DNA of 64,000 bases from Candidatus Omnitrophota bacterium (GTDB taxonomy: Bacteria; Omnitrophota; Gorgyraeia; Gygaellales; Profunditerraquicolaceae). The position numbers and the translations under genes are program-made. This document shows positions 41,355-51,471 of the stretch, piece by piece. The stretch covers positions 5,260 through 69,259 of the forward strand of contig JALOCB010000003.1 in assembly GCA_023227985.1 (NCBI GenBank), written 5' to 3'. How positions within the stretch are numbered: position 1 is the first letter of the stretch; the number at the start of each line of letters is the position of its first letter. The notes beneath the pieces are model-generated. The model was given only the letters and a program-made list of their open reading frames with translations, had not been told where the DNA came from and made no database searches.

Positions 41355-42593
41355 ATGCCGCACGCGAATTTCCAGAATGACGATCTCTCCGAGAAAGAAC
41401 GACGCAATATAGACATACTTGAACTCCTGCGAAAACGCGGCCCGATAAGCCGTCCCGATATCTCCAAAGAAATAGGGATCAATGTGGTCACTATCTCGAA
41501 TTACATCGACGATTTCATAAAGCATAATCTGGTTTATGAAAAGGAGCTTGATGTTTCCGAGGGCGGCAGGAGGCCTGTGCTTTTGGATTTGAATTCCCAG
41601 GGCGGTTATATAGTCGGTGTGGGGCTGAACCTGATGAATATGGTGGGGCTGCTGGTGGATTTAAAAGGCAATATCATCACTAAGACGCAGATCGCCCGGC
41701 CGCAGAAACTGTCGGTAAAGGATATCACCGAATGCCTCCTGGAGATCATCCGCGAGATATTCCGCAGGTCTAAGGATTACTCCGCTAACATAAAGGGCAT
41801 CGGCGTAGGCATAGCCGGCCTGGTCAGCAAGCAGGATGGTTCTATACACTGGCCGCAAAAAATGGACCATTACTATACTTACGCCTCGGTAGACCTGCCG
41901 CTCAAGAACCTCATCGAACGCGAATTCAATTTGCCTACCTTGATTGAGAATGACGCTACCAGCGCCTGTTTCGGTGAATATTGGCTGGGCCTGGAGACCG
42001 GTATAAAAAACATGATCTATATGTTTTCCGGCGTAGGCTGCGGCTTGTTGATGAACGGCCAGATATACCGGGGGACCCAGGGGTACGCCGGAGAGGTCGC
42101 GGTTTATAATTACAAAGAACAGGACCTCTTCAATTGCCAGGCGGGAAATGATTGTTTTCTAAAGCGCTGGGAAATGGACCTGGGAATAGTAGAAGACGTC
42201 AAAGCCGCGCTGGCTAAAGACCCGGAAGCCGCTTCCCGTTTTTTTAAATTGACTTCCGCTAATATCGATAATATAGACCTGAAAAGCGTTTTTATCGGCG
42301 CCCGGACCAATGATCCGATCATCCTCGCGGCTTTAGAGAAAGCAGCTAAGCGCCTGGGAATAAAGATAGCTTCCCTGGTTAATTTCCTGAACCCCGAAAT
42401 GGTGGTTCTTGGGGGCGGGCTGGAAGAAGCGGGGGACGCTTTCTTGAATAAAGTTTCCTCGACTGTAAGGGAGTGGGCTTTCAGGGAAGTCACTTCGGAC
42501 CTTAAGATCGTTTACTCGCAGCTGCGCGAAAACGCCGTTTCGTTGGGCGCTGCGAGTTTAGTGATGCAGCGGCTTTTCGCCCAGGTATGGTAA
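41355..42593 (+). CDS. ROK-family transcriptional regulator (N-terminal wHTH + sugar-kinase-like fold)
   Basis: ILELLRKRGPISRPDISKEIGINVVTISNYI, then GVGIAG, ENDATSA, CGCG-like GVGCGL. Confidence 0.75.
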   Translation: MPHANFQNDDLSEKERRNIDILELLRKRGPISRPDISKEIGINVVTISNYIDDFIKHNLVYEKELDVSEGGRRPVLLDLNSQGGYIVGVGLNLMNMVGLLVDLKGNIITKTQIARPQKLSVKDITECLLEIIREIFRRSKDYSANIKGIGVGIAGLVSKQDGSIHWPQKMDHYYTYASVDLPLKNLIEREFNLPTLIENDATSACFGEYWLGLETGIKNMIYMFSGVGCGLLMNGQIYRGTQGYAGEVAVYNYKEQDLFNCQAGNDCFLKRWEMDLGIVEDVKAALAKDPEAASRFFKLTSANIDNIDLKSVFIGARTNDPIILAALEKAAKRLGIKIASLVNFLNPEMVVLGGGLEEAGDAFLNKVSSTVREWAFREVTSDLKIVYSQLRENAVSLGAASLVMQRLFAQVW

Positions 42594-42603
42594 AAAGGAG
42601 TTA

Positions 42604-43863
42604 TTGATGACAGATAGGAAAGTAATAGTCATTATCGGCCTCTTAATTATAATCGCGGTGATCGCGATGTTCGCTTACGGTAAGGTCAATCAGGTGAGCG
42701 TGCTGCAGAGCGATAAGGCCGGCCTGGAAGAGGAAAAAAAGACCCTGGGCGTGAAACTGGAAAGCCTTACCCAGGAGAACCGGGCCTTTAAAGATAAGAT
42801 CATTTCTTTCAACGAGCGCCTGGAAAAACTGGGCACGGAAAAAGGCGAGATACATAAAAGATTTGAATTGGCGGTAAAAGAGAAAGAAGAGCTGAAGAAT
42901 GAGATACGGAAACTGAATAGGGATATCGCCGCGGAGAAAGAAAGATCGGCGATAATCAAATCCGCTCCCCGCAGCTCGGATGCGGCTTCTGAAAAGGGGC
43001 CGGGCGAATTGGAGGGCGATACCTACTGGGCGGGGATATTGAAGAATAAGGCTGAATTGGAATTAGAGATAGAGACCCTGCGTGACGATCTGGATGCCTT
43101 AAAAGAAACTAACGCGAAATTAACGCGGGCTAAGAATGATCTTATCCTGGAGTTGAAGAGCCAAAACCGCGGCACACTCGATTCCGAGCGCCAGCTTATG
43201 TATAATAATAAGGTAATAGACAGCCTGACCCAGGAGCTTTTCCGCGAGAAATCCGATAAATTGATCATTCAGGCTAACCTTAATTCGCTGGAAGCGGATA
43301 ACGCTTTGCTGAAAGACCAGTTGAATGGCCTGGATGCACGTAAAGCCGAACTGGAAAATAAATTCGCGGAATTGCAGGCAAAAAATAAGCTTATGGAGAA
43401 TGATCTTACCCGGATGGAGGTGTTCATCCGCCAGAAGGTAATGCAGATGGATAATCTTAAAGAGGAATTGGGCAATTTGCATCAGCCGAAGATTGTTCCG
43501 TTTGTAAGCCCGGAACCGGCACGGGCAGTTTCATCGCAAAAAGCGGCCGCGGAATCGAGGAAAGAGGCTGTGCAGCTTCAGCCTATAGTAGTGCGCCCCC
43601 AGGACGCGGGTAAAGGCAGATCAGCGCCGGTTGCGGTCCAGGCCAATAAGGCCGAGGTATTGGCGGTAAACCCGGAAAACAACTTTGTGATCATTAATAC
43701 CGGTGAGGCCGCCGGGGTAAAGGTAGGGGATAGATTCCGTGTTCATAATAAGAAAAGGCAAACTATAAGCGATATTGAGGTCATCCAGGTCCGTAAGAAT
43801 ATCGCGGCCTGCGATATAAAGAACCAGAATTATACTATTGAAGTAGGCGACGAGGTCAAATAG
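42604..43863 (+). CDS. Membrane-anchored long coiled-coil protein with a small C-terminal beta domain (function unknown)
   Basis: N-terminal TM, about 270 aa of heptad-rich E/K/L sequence. The C-terminal VLAVNPENNFVIINTGEAAGVKVGDRF..VIQVRKNIAACDI is reminiscent of MreC-type beta barrels (weak). Confidence 0.4.
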   Translation: MMTDRKVIVIIGLLIIIAVIAMFAYGKVNQVSVLQSDKAGLEEEKKTLGVKLESLTQENRAFKDKIISFNERLEKLGTEKGEIHKRFELAVKEKEELKNEIRKLNRDIAAEKERSAIIKSAPRSSDAASEKGPGELEGDTYWAGILKNKAELELEIETLRDDLDALKETNAKLTRAKNDLILELKSQNRGTLDSERQLMYNNKVIDSLTQELFREKSDKLIIQANLNSLEADNALLKDQLNGLDARKAELENKFAELQAKNKLMENDLTRMEVFIRQKVMQMDNLKEELGNLHQPKIVPFVSPEPARAVSSQKAAAESRKEAVQLQPIVVRPQDAGKGRSAPVAVQANKAEVLAVNPENNFVIINTGEAAGVKVGDRFRVHNKKRQTISDIEVIQVRKNIAACDIKNQNYTIEVGDEVK

Positions 43864-43906
43864 CTTTATAGGCCGGCAGTCGACCTGTTATCCGGAATAA
43901 TAAATA

Positions 43907-44932
43907 GTGCGCACAAAGAAAACATCCTCTAAAACTATTTCCATCAAGGACGTTGCCAGGCTGGCTAAGGTTTCTATCAGCACTGTTTCCCGGGTCATAA
44001 ATAAGAGCCCTTCGGTCAAGGCAGCCAGTAAGGCCCGGGTCATCCAAGTGGTAAAAGATCTGCATTTCCAGCCCTCTGTTTCCGCACAGCGCCTGGCTAC
44101 CGGTAAAAGCAACGTGGTCGCTCTGGTCATTCCCCGGTACGAAGGCATATTTTATTCTTTCTACGCGCTGGAATTGATCCGGGGCATAGGCACATTGGCC
44201 TCGGCATTGAAGCTGGACCTGCTTCTGCATCTTACTGAAAGCAATTCAACGCTGAACCTTAAAGGCGTCGGCGGAGTGATCTTTGCGGATATTATCGCCA
44301 ACCGCCTGCAGTTGGAGGATGCTTTGAGTTGCGGCATCCCCGCGGTATTGATCAATAATTACGCCGAAGACCTGAACGTCACCTGCCTGGCTATCGATAA
44401 TAAGAAAGGCGCGGAGGAAGCGGTGAATTACCTTATCGGGCTCGGCCATAAAAAGATCGCCCATATTACCGGCGATATCGTTACCCAGGCCGCCAGCCAT
44501 CGTTTGCTCGGATATAAGGCGGCGATGGATGAGAACAAGATCGCCTTCAGGCCGGATTATGTGATCAATACGGATTATTCCCGCGGCCAGGCCAGGGGCG
44601 CCGCTGAAAAACTGCTTGATCTGCCGGATCGGCCTACCGCCGTATTTGTGGCTTCCGACTCTATGGCGCTGGAGGTTATTGCGGTGGCCAGGGAGCGCGG
44701 GATCCGGATCCCCCAGGATCTGTCGGTGGTCGGTTTTGACGATAACCCTTCCGGGCTTTACGGCCCGGTGGCGTTGACCACGGTAAGGCAGCCTTTGGTA
44801 AAAATGGCGCAGGATTCGGTAAAAGAATTGAATATCCTGATGGCGGACAAGAACGCCGGCAAGAAAACTCAGGCTAAAAAGATCTTCCTCCCCGCTGAAT
44901 TAGTGATCAGGGAGTCTTGCCAGCAGATATAG
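43907..44932 (+). CDS. LacI-family transcriptional regulator
   Basis: N-terminal HTH ISIKDVARLAKVSISTVSRVIN plus a periplasmic-binding-protein-like core. Confidence 0.88.
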   Translation: MRTKKTSSKTISIKDVARLAKVSISTVSRVINKSPSVKAASKARVIQVVKDLHFQPSVSAQRLATGKSNVVALVIPRYEGIFYSFYALELIRGIGTLASALKLDLLLHLTESNSTLNLKGVGGVIFADIIANRLQLEDALSCGIPAVLINNYAEDLNVTCLAIDNKKGAEEAVNYLIGLGHKKIAHITGDIVTQAASHRLLGYKAAMDENKIAFRPDYVINTDYSRGQARGAAEKLLDLPDRPTAVFVASDSMALEVIAVARERGIRIPQDLSVVGFDDNPSGLYGPVALTTVRQPLVKMAQDSVKELNILMADKNAGKKTQAKKIFLPAELVIRESCQQI

Positions 44933-44974
44933 CCAGTCGCAGTTCGATCTTTCGTAATGGCCGGAAGGAATAAA

Positions 44975-44990
44975 ATACAACAAGTTGTAT
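44975..44990 (+). promoter_or_regulatory. NrdR box 1
   Basis: ATACAACAAGTTGTAT, a 16-bp near-palindrome matching the NrdR-box pattern (acaC..at.t..GtgT class). Confidence 0.7.
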
Positions 44991-45005
44991 TGTTGTAGAT
45001 TAAAA

Positions 45006-45021
45006 ATACAATATGTTGTAT
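45006..45021 (+). promoter_or_regulatory. NrdR box 2
   Basis: ATACAATATGTTGTAT, starting 31 bp after box 1, which is the usual tandem spacing. Confidence 0.7.
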
Positions 45022-45028
45022 TTTTTTA

Positions 45029-45057
45029 TTGACATGTTATTTTGGCGGTGATATACT
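45029..45057 (+). promoter_or_regulatory. Candidate nrdJ promoter (TTGACA-17-TATACT)
   Basis: -35 at 45029-45034, immediately after NrdR box 2. -10 at 45052-45057. Confidence 0.55.
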
Positions 45058-45119
45058 CACAAGATGTCAGCGGTATTTTTGTCAGATCAGGTTCAACGGT
45101 TTTATTATAGGAGGAGAAA

Positions 45120-47405
45120 ATGTCGTTAGCGCTTTCCCAGAATGCCCTCAGGGTGCTGGAGAGAAGGTACCTTAAGAGGGACAAGTCCGGCAAGGTCATT
45201 GAGACCCCGGAGGAGATGTTTCACCGGGTCGCCAGGGCTATCGCCGAAGCCGAGCTGAAGTATAACAAAACGGAAAAAGATGTGGCCCGGATGGAAGATG
45301 AATTTTACCGGGTGATGACCTCGTTGGAATTTGTCCCTAATTCCCCCTGCCTGATGAACGCCGGACGGGACCTGGGGCAGTTAAGCGCCTGTTTTACCCT
45401 GCCGATAGAAGATTCCATGGATTCGATATTCGAAACGCTAAAAGCGACCGCGATGATCCATAAGTCGGGTGGCGGCACCGGTTTTTCTTTCTCACGCCTG
45501 CGTTCCAAGAATTCCGTGGTCAAGACCACCGGCGGCGTAGCTTCCGGCCCGGTTTCTTTTATGCGGGTCTATGACGCGGCCACAGAGGCGGTAAAACAGG
45601 GCGGGACCCGGCGCGGCGCGAATATGGGCATCCTGGGAGTGGATCATCCCGACATCCTGGAATTCATCACCTGCAAGGAAAACAACAAGGAGATAGTCAA
45701 TTTCAATATCTCGGTAGCTATTACCGACGAATTTATGGAGAAATTGAAGACCGGCCAGAAGTATAATCTTATAGACCCTCATACCAAGCAGGTCTATAAG
45801 GAGATCAATCCCAAAGAGGTGTTCGACCTGGTGGTGAAACAGGCGCACAAGAACGGCGAGCCGGGGATTATTTACATTGACAAAATAAACATCGAAAATC
45901 CTACTCCGCACTTAGGCAAGATGGAGAGCACTAATCCGTGCGGGGAGCAGCCGCTTCTGCCTTATGAAAGCTGCGACCTGGGCTCGATAAACCTGGCGGT
46001 GTTATATAAACAGTCGGGTTCCCGCTGTGTAGTCGATTGGGACGAGATCAAAAAAGTGGTCAGGTTGGGCGTGCATTTTCTGGATAATCTGATCGACGTT
46101 AATAAGTTCCCTTTGCCGGAGATTGAGAAAGCGACTACCTCTACCCGCAAGATCGGGCTGGGCGTGATGGGTTGGGCAAGCCTCCTGATAAAACTGGGCA
46201 TACCTTATAACAGCCAGGAAGCGGTGGATCTGGCGGAAAAGGTAATGTCGTTCATATTAGACGAAGGCTTGAAGAAATCGCAGGAGCTGGCGAGGGAAAA
46301 AGGGACTTTTCCGACTTACAAGGGTTCGACCTGGGATAAGAAGAATATCCTTATGCGCAACGCCACCCTGACTACGATAGCCCCTACCGGCACGATCAGC
46401 ATTATCGCCGGTCCGTGTTCTTCGGGCATAGAGCCGTTATTCGCGATAGTATATTACCGCAATGTAATGGATAACGATAAGTTGGTGGAAGTTGACCCGT
46501 TGTTCGAGAAGATCGCCAAGGAGCGCGGATTCTACAGCCGGGAATTAATGGAGAAGATCGCCGAAAGCAGTTCATTGAAGGATATCGAGGGTATTCCGGA
46601 GGACGTAAAGAGGATTTTTGTCACTGCCCATGATATCTCTCCGGAGTGGCACGTGAAGATGCAGGCGGCTTTCCAGAAATACGTGCACAACGCGGTTTCC
46701 AAGACGATAAACTTTCCGCATGAGGCTATTTCCGAAGATGTGCGCAAGGCGTACCTCCTGGCGTATGAGTTGGGGTGCAAAGGCATAACGGTTTACCGCG
46801 ACCGCAGCCGCGAAGAGCAGGTGTTGAATATAAACCATAAGACAGAGGCTCCGCAGTCGCAGGAGTCGAAAAGCGAACCGGGAAAGATCACGCCCAGGCC
46901 AAGGCCTGAGGTTATCTTTGGGACCACTACCAAGGTCTCGACCGGCTGCGGCAACCTTTACGTCACTATTAATATCGACGAAGAAGGCAAGCCTTTTGAA
47001 CTTTTTACCCAGATGGGAAAGGCCGGCGGATGCGCCGGCAGCCAGCTTGAGGCATTGGGCCGCATGGTATCTCTGGGCTTCCGCGCGGGGGTGGAAGTTA
47101 AATCTATTATGGAGCAACTGCGCAATATACGCTGCCCTTCCCCTTCCTGGGAAAAAGGCCAGAGGATATTCTCTTGCGCTGACGCGATCGCCCGGGTCAT
47201 AGAAAAAAGGCTTGTAAGTACCCAGGCGCATAAGTCCGCGCTGGAGACAGCTCCGATAGCCATGAAACATTCTCATCATGACGACAACGGGCTGGAAGAT
47301 AACGCTCAGGGAGAGATCGTGGGGATGTGCCCTGACTGCGGCGGCACGCTGCGGCATGAAGAAGGCTGTATAAAATGCCATAGCTGCGGTTTTTCCAAGT
47401 GCTAA
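45120..47405 (+). CDS. nrdJ: Class II (adenosylcobalamin-dependent) ribonucleotide reductase
   Basis: RBS AGGAGGAG. VPNSPCLMNAG, STNPCGEQPL, TIAPTGTIS, C-terminal CPDCGG..CxxC finger. Confidence 0.88.
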   Translation: MSLALSQNALRVLERRYLKRDKSGKVIETPEEMFHRVARAIAEAELKYNKTEKDVARMEDEFYRVMTSLEFVPNSPCLMNAGRDLGQLSACFTLPIEDSMDSIFETLKATAMIHKSGGGTGFSFSRLRSKNSVVKTTGGVASGPVSFMRVYDAATEAVKQGGTRRGANMGILGVDHPDILEFITCKENNKEIVNFNISVAITDEFMEKLKTGQKYNLIDPHTKQVYKEINPKEVFDLVVKQAHKNGEPGIIYIDKINIENPTPHLGKMESTNPCGEQPLLPYESCDLGSINLAVLYKQSGSRCVVDWDEIKKVVRLGVHFLDNLIDVNKFPLPEIEKATTSTRKIGLGVMGWASLLIKLGIPYNSQEAVDLAEKVMSFILDEGLKKSQELAREKGTFPTYKGSTWDKKNILMRNATLTTIAPTGTISIIAGPCSSGIEPLFAIVYYRNVMDNDKLVEVDPLFEKIAKERGFYSRELMEKIAESSSLKDIEGIPEDVKRIFVTAHDISPEWHVKMQAAFQKYVHNAVSKTINFPHEAISEDVRKAYLLAYELGCKGITVYRDRSREEQVLNINHKTEAPQSQESKSEPGKITPRPRPEVIFGTTTKVSTGCGNLYVTINIDEEGKPFELFTQMGKAGGCAGSQLEALGRMVSLGFRAGVEVKSIMEQLRNIRCPSPSWEKGQRIFSCADAIARVIEKRLVSTQAHKSALETAPIAMKHSHHDDNGLEDNAQGEIVGMCPDCGGTLRHEEGCIKCHSCGFSKC

Positions 47406-47424
47406 ACTGATTTAACAAATACAT

Positions 47425-47468
47425 AGTCCCTTGTCCGGCTTCTGCCGGGCAAGGGACTGCTTATTTTA
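47425..47468 (+). terminator. Rho-independent terminator
   Basis: AGTCCCTTGTCCGGC / GCCGGGCAAGGGACT form a 15-bp stem (one G-U pair) with loop TTCT, followed by a T-rich tail. Confidence 0.75.
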
Positions 47469-47543
47469 TACCCTAAAAGTATTGTTCACCCGGGTATTAA
47501 TTTACGATAAACACCGGCTTTTAGGCCGGGGCGGGATAAATCT

Positions 47544-48830
47544 ATGCGGAATATAATTTACATGATATTGGACGGATTGGCGGACCTGCCGGTCAAAGAG
47601 CTCGGGCAGAAAACCCCTTTAGAGGCGGCGTATACGCCTAATCTGGACCGATTGGCCCAGATGGGCGTCACCGGATCGGTTGATCCGGTTAAGGAAGGGA
47701 TATTCCCGGAATCCGATCTGGCGGTAATAAGCCTTTTAGGCTACGATGTCGGTAAATATTACACCGGACGCGGTCCTCTGGAGGCGTTTGCCTGCGGCAT
47801 AAGCATCGAAGACGGCAATCTCGCTTTGAGGGTTAATTTCGCCAGCGCGGATGATGATGGACGGATTATAATGGACCGGCGCTGCGCCAAAAGCCTTTCA
47901 TTTGAAGAGGCGTCGTTTTTGGCCGGCCAGATCAATTCCCGGGTGACTTTATCCGGCGCGACGTTTGAATTCAAGAATACTGTCGGCCACCGCGGGGTGC
48001 TGGTCATCCGGGGGATACGCTCTAAATTATCCGGATGGATAACTAACACTGACCCGGCATATGACCGCAGGGGGATATTGGGCGCTCCTTGCAAGGAATT
48101 TTCCAATAAGCTTTTGGATTGCCAGCCGATGCCCGGCTACGAGGATATGCCTCAGGCGGTCGAGGCCGCGAACCTGGTGAATGAATTCACCCGGAAATCC
48201 CATCAGGTGCTTAATGAATGCGGCGTTAACAAGAAGAGGCTGAGCGAGAACAAACTTCCGGCTAACCTGATCTTATCGCGTTATGCCGGGGACAGGCTGC
48301 CGGGTTTTGCGCCGATCGGCGAGCTTTATAAAGATATTAAATTCGGTTGTTTCGTGGAAATGCCGGTGGAAAGAGGGATCGCGCTTTTGACCGGAATGGA
48401 TATTATAGCCGTGCCTTCATCGAGCGGGCATATGGACGTGGATTATCCGGTATGGGCCAAGGTGGCTTTAGACGCAATGAACGGTTATAACGGGGTATAT
48501 ATACATATCAAAGGCCCTGATGAGGCCGGCCACGATAAAGACCATTTAAAGAAAAAAGCGGTTATCGAGGCGATAGATAAATTTCTTTTCGGCAATATTA
48601 TCCCTAACATCGATCTTAAAAAGACGATAGTTTGTGTCACCTCGGACCATATCACTGATTCTGTCCTGGGCCGGCATTCTTTTGGATGCGTTCCTCTGCT
48701 TATTTCCGGAGGCAAGATCAAGCCTGACGGGACATTGAGCTTCTCTGAAAAGGCGGCTAAGCTTGGCTCGTTGGGGTTGCTCAAGGGTCAGGATATTCTT
48801 GCCTTGCTTGTGAAAACCGCTCAAGGGTAG
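47544..48830 (+). CDS. apgM: Cofactor-independent phosphoglycerate mutase, archaeal-type
   Basis: MILDGLADLP N-terminus, HRGVLVIRG, HIKGPDEAGHD, VTSDHITD. Confidence 0.75.
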   Translation: MRNIIYMILDGLADLPVKELGQKTPLEAAYTPNLDRLAQMGVTGSVDPVKEGIFPESDLAVISLLGYDVGKYYTGRGPLEAFACGISIEDGNLALRVNFASADDDGRIIMDRRCAKSLSFEEASFLAGQINSRVTLSGATFEFKNTVGHRGVLVIRGIRSKLSGWITNTDPAYDRRGILGAPCKEFSNKLLDCQPMPGYEDMPQAVEAANLVNEFTRKSHQVLNECGVNKKRLSENKLPANLILSRYAGDRLPGFAPIGELYKDIKFGCFVEMPVERGIALLTGMDIIAVPSSSGHMDVDYPVWAKVALDAMNGYNGVYIHIKGPDEAGHDKDHLKKKAVIEAIDKFLFGNIIPNIDLKKTIVCVTSDHITDSVLGRHSFGCVPLLISGGKIKPDGTLSFSEKAAKLGSLGLLKGQDILALLVKTAQG

Positions 48831-48902
48831 TATAATACTCGCATTATAAATCAAATAGGTATAGATGGAGTTAAAGGCACGGGGAACAGGTTCTTTATTC
48901 CT

Positions 48903-50825
48903 ATGTCTTTAATTATGCCTCAAAATCCGGCAAGCATGAATAATTACGATGTCATAGTGATCGGCGCAGGGCACGCGGGCATAGAAGCCGCGTTAGCCGG
49001 CGCCAGGCTTGGTTGTAAGACGCTGATGGTCACTTTACGCGCTGATACCATCGGGCATATGAGCTGTAACCCGGCAATAGGCGGGGTGGGGAAAGGACAG
49101 TTGGTCAAAGAGATCGACGCCTTGGGCGGGGAAATGGGACTGGCCGCTGATGCCTGCGCCATGCAATTGCGTATCCTTAACGCCTCTAAAGGGGCGGCAG
49201 TCCAGTCATCCCGCGCCCAGATAGACCGTAAGCTTTATAAAGAATATATGATCCGGGCGGTCAGCGGTCAGGACGGCCTTTTTATTAAGGAGACTGAGGT
49301 ATCCGGGTTAATCATCGAGGGCGGCATGGTAAAAGGGGTGATCACGGATAAAGACGAGCGGATAAGCGCGGAATGCGTGGTTATCGCCTCAGGGACGTTC
49401 CTCGACGGATTGATTCACGTAGGGCTTAACCATTATCCCGGTGGCAGGATAAATGAGCCTGCCTCAGTCAAGCTCTCCGCCCGCCTTAAAGCAGAAGGCC
49501 TCAAACTTTTGCGTTTCAAGACCGGGACCTGCCCCCGGTTGGATAAAAAGAGCATTGATTATTCCAGGCTGATCGTGCAGGAAGGCGATAAGCCGCCCAA
49601 GCCGTTTTCTTTCTCTACCCCGCGAATAAGACAGGAACAAGTCCCCTGCCATATCACTTATACCAATCCCGGGACGCATCAGATCATCCGGGATAATCTG
49701 GATAAATCCCCGCTTTACGCCGGGATAATAAAGTCCACCGGCGTGCGCTATTGCCCGTCTATTGAGGATAAAATAGTCAAGTTCAGCGATAGACAAAGAC
49801 ACCAGGTATTCCTTGAGCCGGAAGGTTATGATACTGATCAGGTCTATCCTAATGGCCTGTCTACCAGTCTTCCGGAAGATATTCAGCTTAAAATGGTGCG
49901 TTCGATCGAAGGGTTAGAACAGGCGCGTATACTTCAGTTTGGCTATGGGATAGAGCATACGGTAGTTGAACCTACCCAGCTTTTTCCGACATTGGAAACT
50001 AAAGCTCTCGGCAATCTTTACCTGGCCGGGCAGATAAACGGGACCACCGGTTATGAAGAGGCCGCTGCCCAGGGGTTGGTCGCCGGGATCAACGCCGCTT
50101 TACGCTGCCAGAAAAGGGACCCTTTTGTACTTGACCGCGCCTCCAGTTATATAGGCGTGTTGATCGACGATCTTACTACAAAAGGGACTAATGAGCCGTA
50201 CCGGATGTTCACTTCCCGGGTAGAATACCGGTTGATCCTGCGCGAGGACAACGCGGACCTTAGGCTGACTCTTTTAGGCTATGATATCGGGCTGGTAAAA
50301 CATGATAAAGCCGCCCAGGTGAAGAAAAAACAGGAATTGATCGCGCAAGGCTTCGCCTATCTGAAAAAGACATCCTTAAAACCGTCGGCGAAACTTGATC
50401 TTCAACTGTCCGGAATGGATACTGCGGGATTAAAGAAAAAGACTGCTCTTGAGGATATCCTTAAGCGTCCGCAGATAGATTTTGCGAAATTGCGTTCGTT
50501 GGACGGGGTGAATATACAGCTCCCAGAATTAGTTTCCCAACAACTGGAAATCGAGGTAAAATATAAAGGATTTATCCAGCGTCAATGCAATGAAGTGGAA
50601 CGTTTCCGCAATCTGGAGAAGATAAGAATACCGGCGGGTATGGATTTCTCGCAGGTTAAAAGCCTTTCCCGGGAGATAAGGGAGAAGCTTGCCAAATTCA
50701 TGCCGATCAACCTGGGGCAGGCGGCGCGGATATCCGGGATCACGCCGGCGGCGATCTCAATGCTAATGGTTTTTTTAAGGAAAAATAATGCCGAGCACAG
50801 CAGAGATAAATTATCGCAGGCTTAA
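48903..50825 (+). CDS. mnmG: tRNA uridine 5-carboxymethylaminomethyl modification enzyme MnmG (GidA)
   Basis: YDVIVIGAGHAGIEAA, SCNPAIGG, GPRYCPSIE-like GVRYCPSIEDK, LAGQINGTTGYEEAAAQG. Confidence 0.92.
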   Translation: MSLIMPQNPASMNNYDVIVIGAGHAGIEAALAGARLGCKTLMVTLRADTIGHMSCNPAIGGVGKGQLVKEIDALGGEMGLAADACAMQLRILNASKGAAVQSSRAQIDRKLYKEYMIRAVSGQDGLFIKETEVSGLIIEGGMVKGVITDKDERISAECVVIASGTFLDGLIHVGLNHYPGGRINEPASVKLSARLKAEGLKLLRFKTGTCPRLDKKSIDYSRLIVQEGDKPPKPFSFSTPRIRQEQVPCHITYTNPGTHQIIRDNLDKSPLYAGIIKSTGVRYCPSIEDKIVKFSDRQRHQVFLEPEGYDTDQVYPNGLSTSLPEDIQLKMVRSIEGLEQARILQFGYGIEHTVVEPTQLFPTLETKALGNLYLAGQINGTTGYEEAAAQGLVAGINAALRCQKRDPFVLDRASSYIGVLIDDLTTKGTNEPYRMFTSRVEYRLILREDNADLRLTLLGYDIGLVKHDKAAQVKKKQELIAQGFAYLKKTSLKPSAKLDLQLSGMDTAGLKKKTALEDILKRPQIDFAKLRSLDGVNIQLPELVSQQLEIEVKYKGFIQRQCNEVERFRNLEKIRIPAGMDFSQVKSLSREIREKLAKFMPINLGQAARISGITPAAISMLMVFLRKNNAEHSRDKLSQA

Positions 50826-51471
50826 AAAGTTATGCCTGGATTCCGGGGCAGGCCTGTTCGGCGTAGCGGACATATCCGGGATAAAAAAAGATTTCCTTCT
50901 TTCCCCGGGAATACTTCCTAAATGCGCCAGCGCGGTCGTTTTAGGCGCCGGGCTTTGCCGCGGGGTATTGGAAGATATAAACGGCGCTCCTACCAGGCTT
51001 TATTTCCACCATTATAAAATAGTTAATTCGTTTCTGGACATGACCGCTTTTAAGCTCGCCGGTTTTATCCAGAAGCAGGGTTATTTCAGTCTTCCCATAC
51101 CCGCCACTCAAATCGTCGACTGGAAAAAACAATCGGCGCATTTGTCGCATAAGAAAATCGGATACCTCGCCGGTATAGGTTGGATCGGCAGGAATAACCT
51201 GCTGGTAAATAAAGAGCTCGGGGCCGCGTTCAGGCTTACCTGCGTGCTTACCGATATGCCCGTCAAAAGAGATAAACCTTCAAAAGAAAACTGCGCGTCA
51301 TGCCGGAGCTGCGTTAATGTCTGCCCGGGCAAGGCCATCGGAGAAAGACCCGAGGATTTCGACCATATGAAATGTTTTGAACAGATGAAGATATTCCAGG
51401 GCCCGCGTCAGGTCGAGCAGTATGTTTGCGGGGTCTGTATAAAGGTCTGCGGGAGAAAAAATGAGGGGTAA
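50788..51471 (+). CDS. QueG / reductive-dehalogenase-superfamily 4Fe-4S protein (short)
   Basis: HLSHKKIGYLAGIGWIGRNNLLVN, CASCRSCVNVCPGKAI, CGVCIKVCG. At 227 aa it is shorter than canonical QueG. Confidence 0.5.
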   Translation: MPSTAEINYRRLKKLCLDSGAGLFGVADISGIKKDFLLSPGILPKCASAVVLGAGLCRGVLEDINGAPTRLYFHHYKIVNSFLDMTAFKLAGFIQKQGYFSLPIPATQIVDWKKQSAHLSHKKIGYLAGIGWIGRNNLLVNKELGAAFRLTCVLTDMPVKRDKPSKENCASCRSCVNVCPGKAIGERPEDFDHMKCFEQMKIFQGPRQVEQYVCGVCIKVCGRKNEG

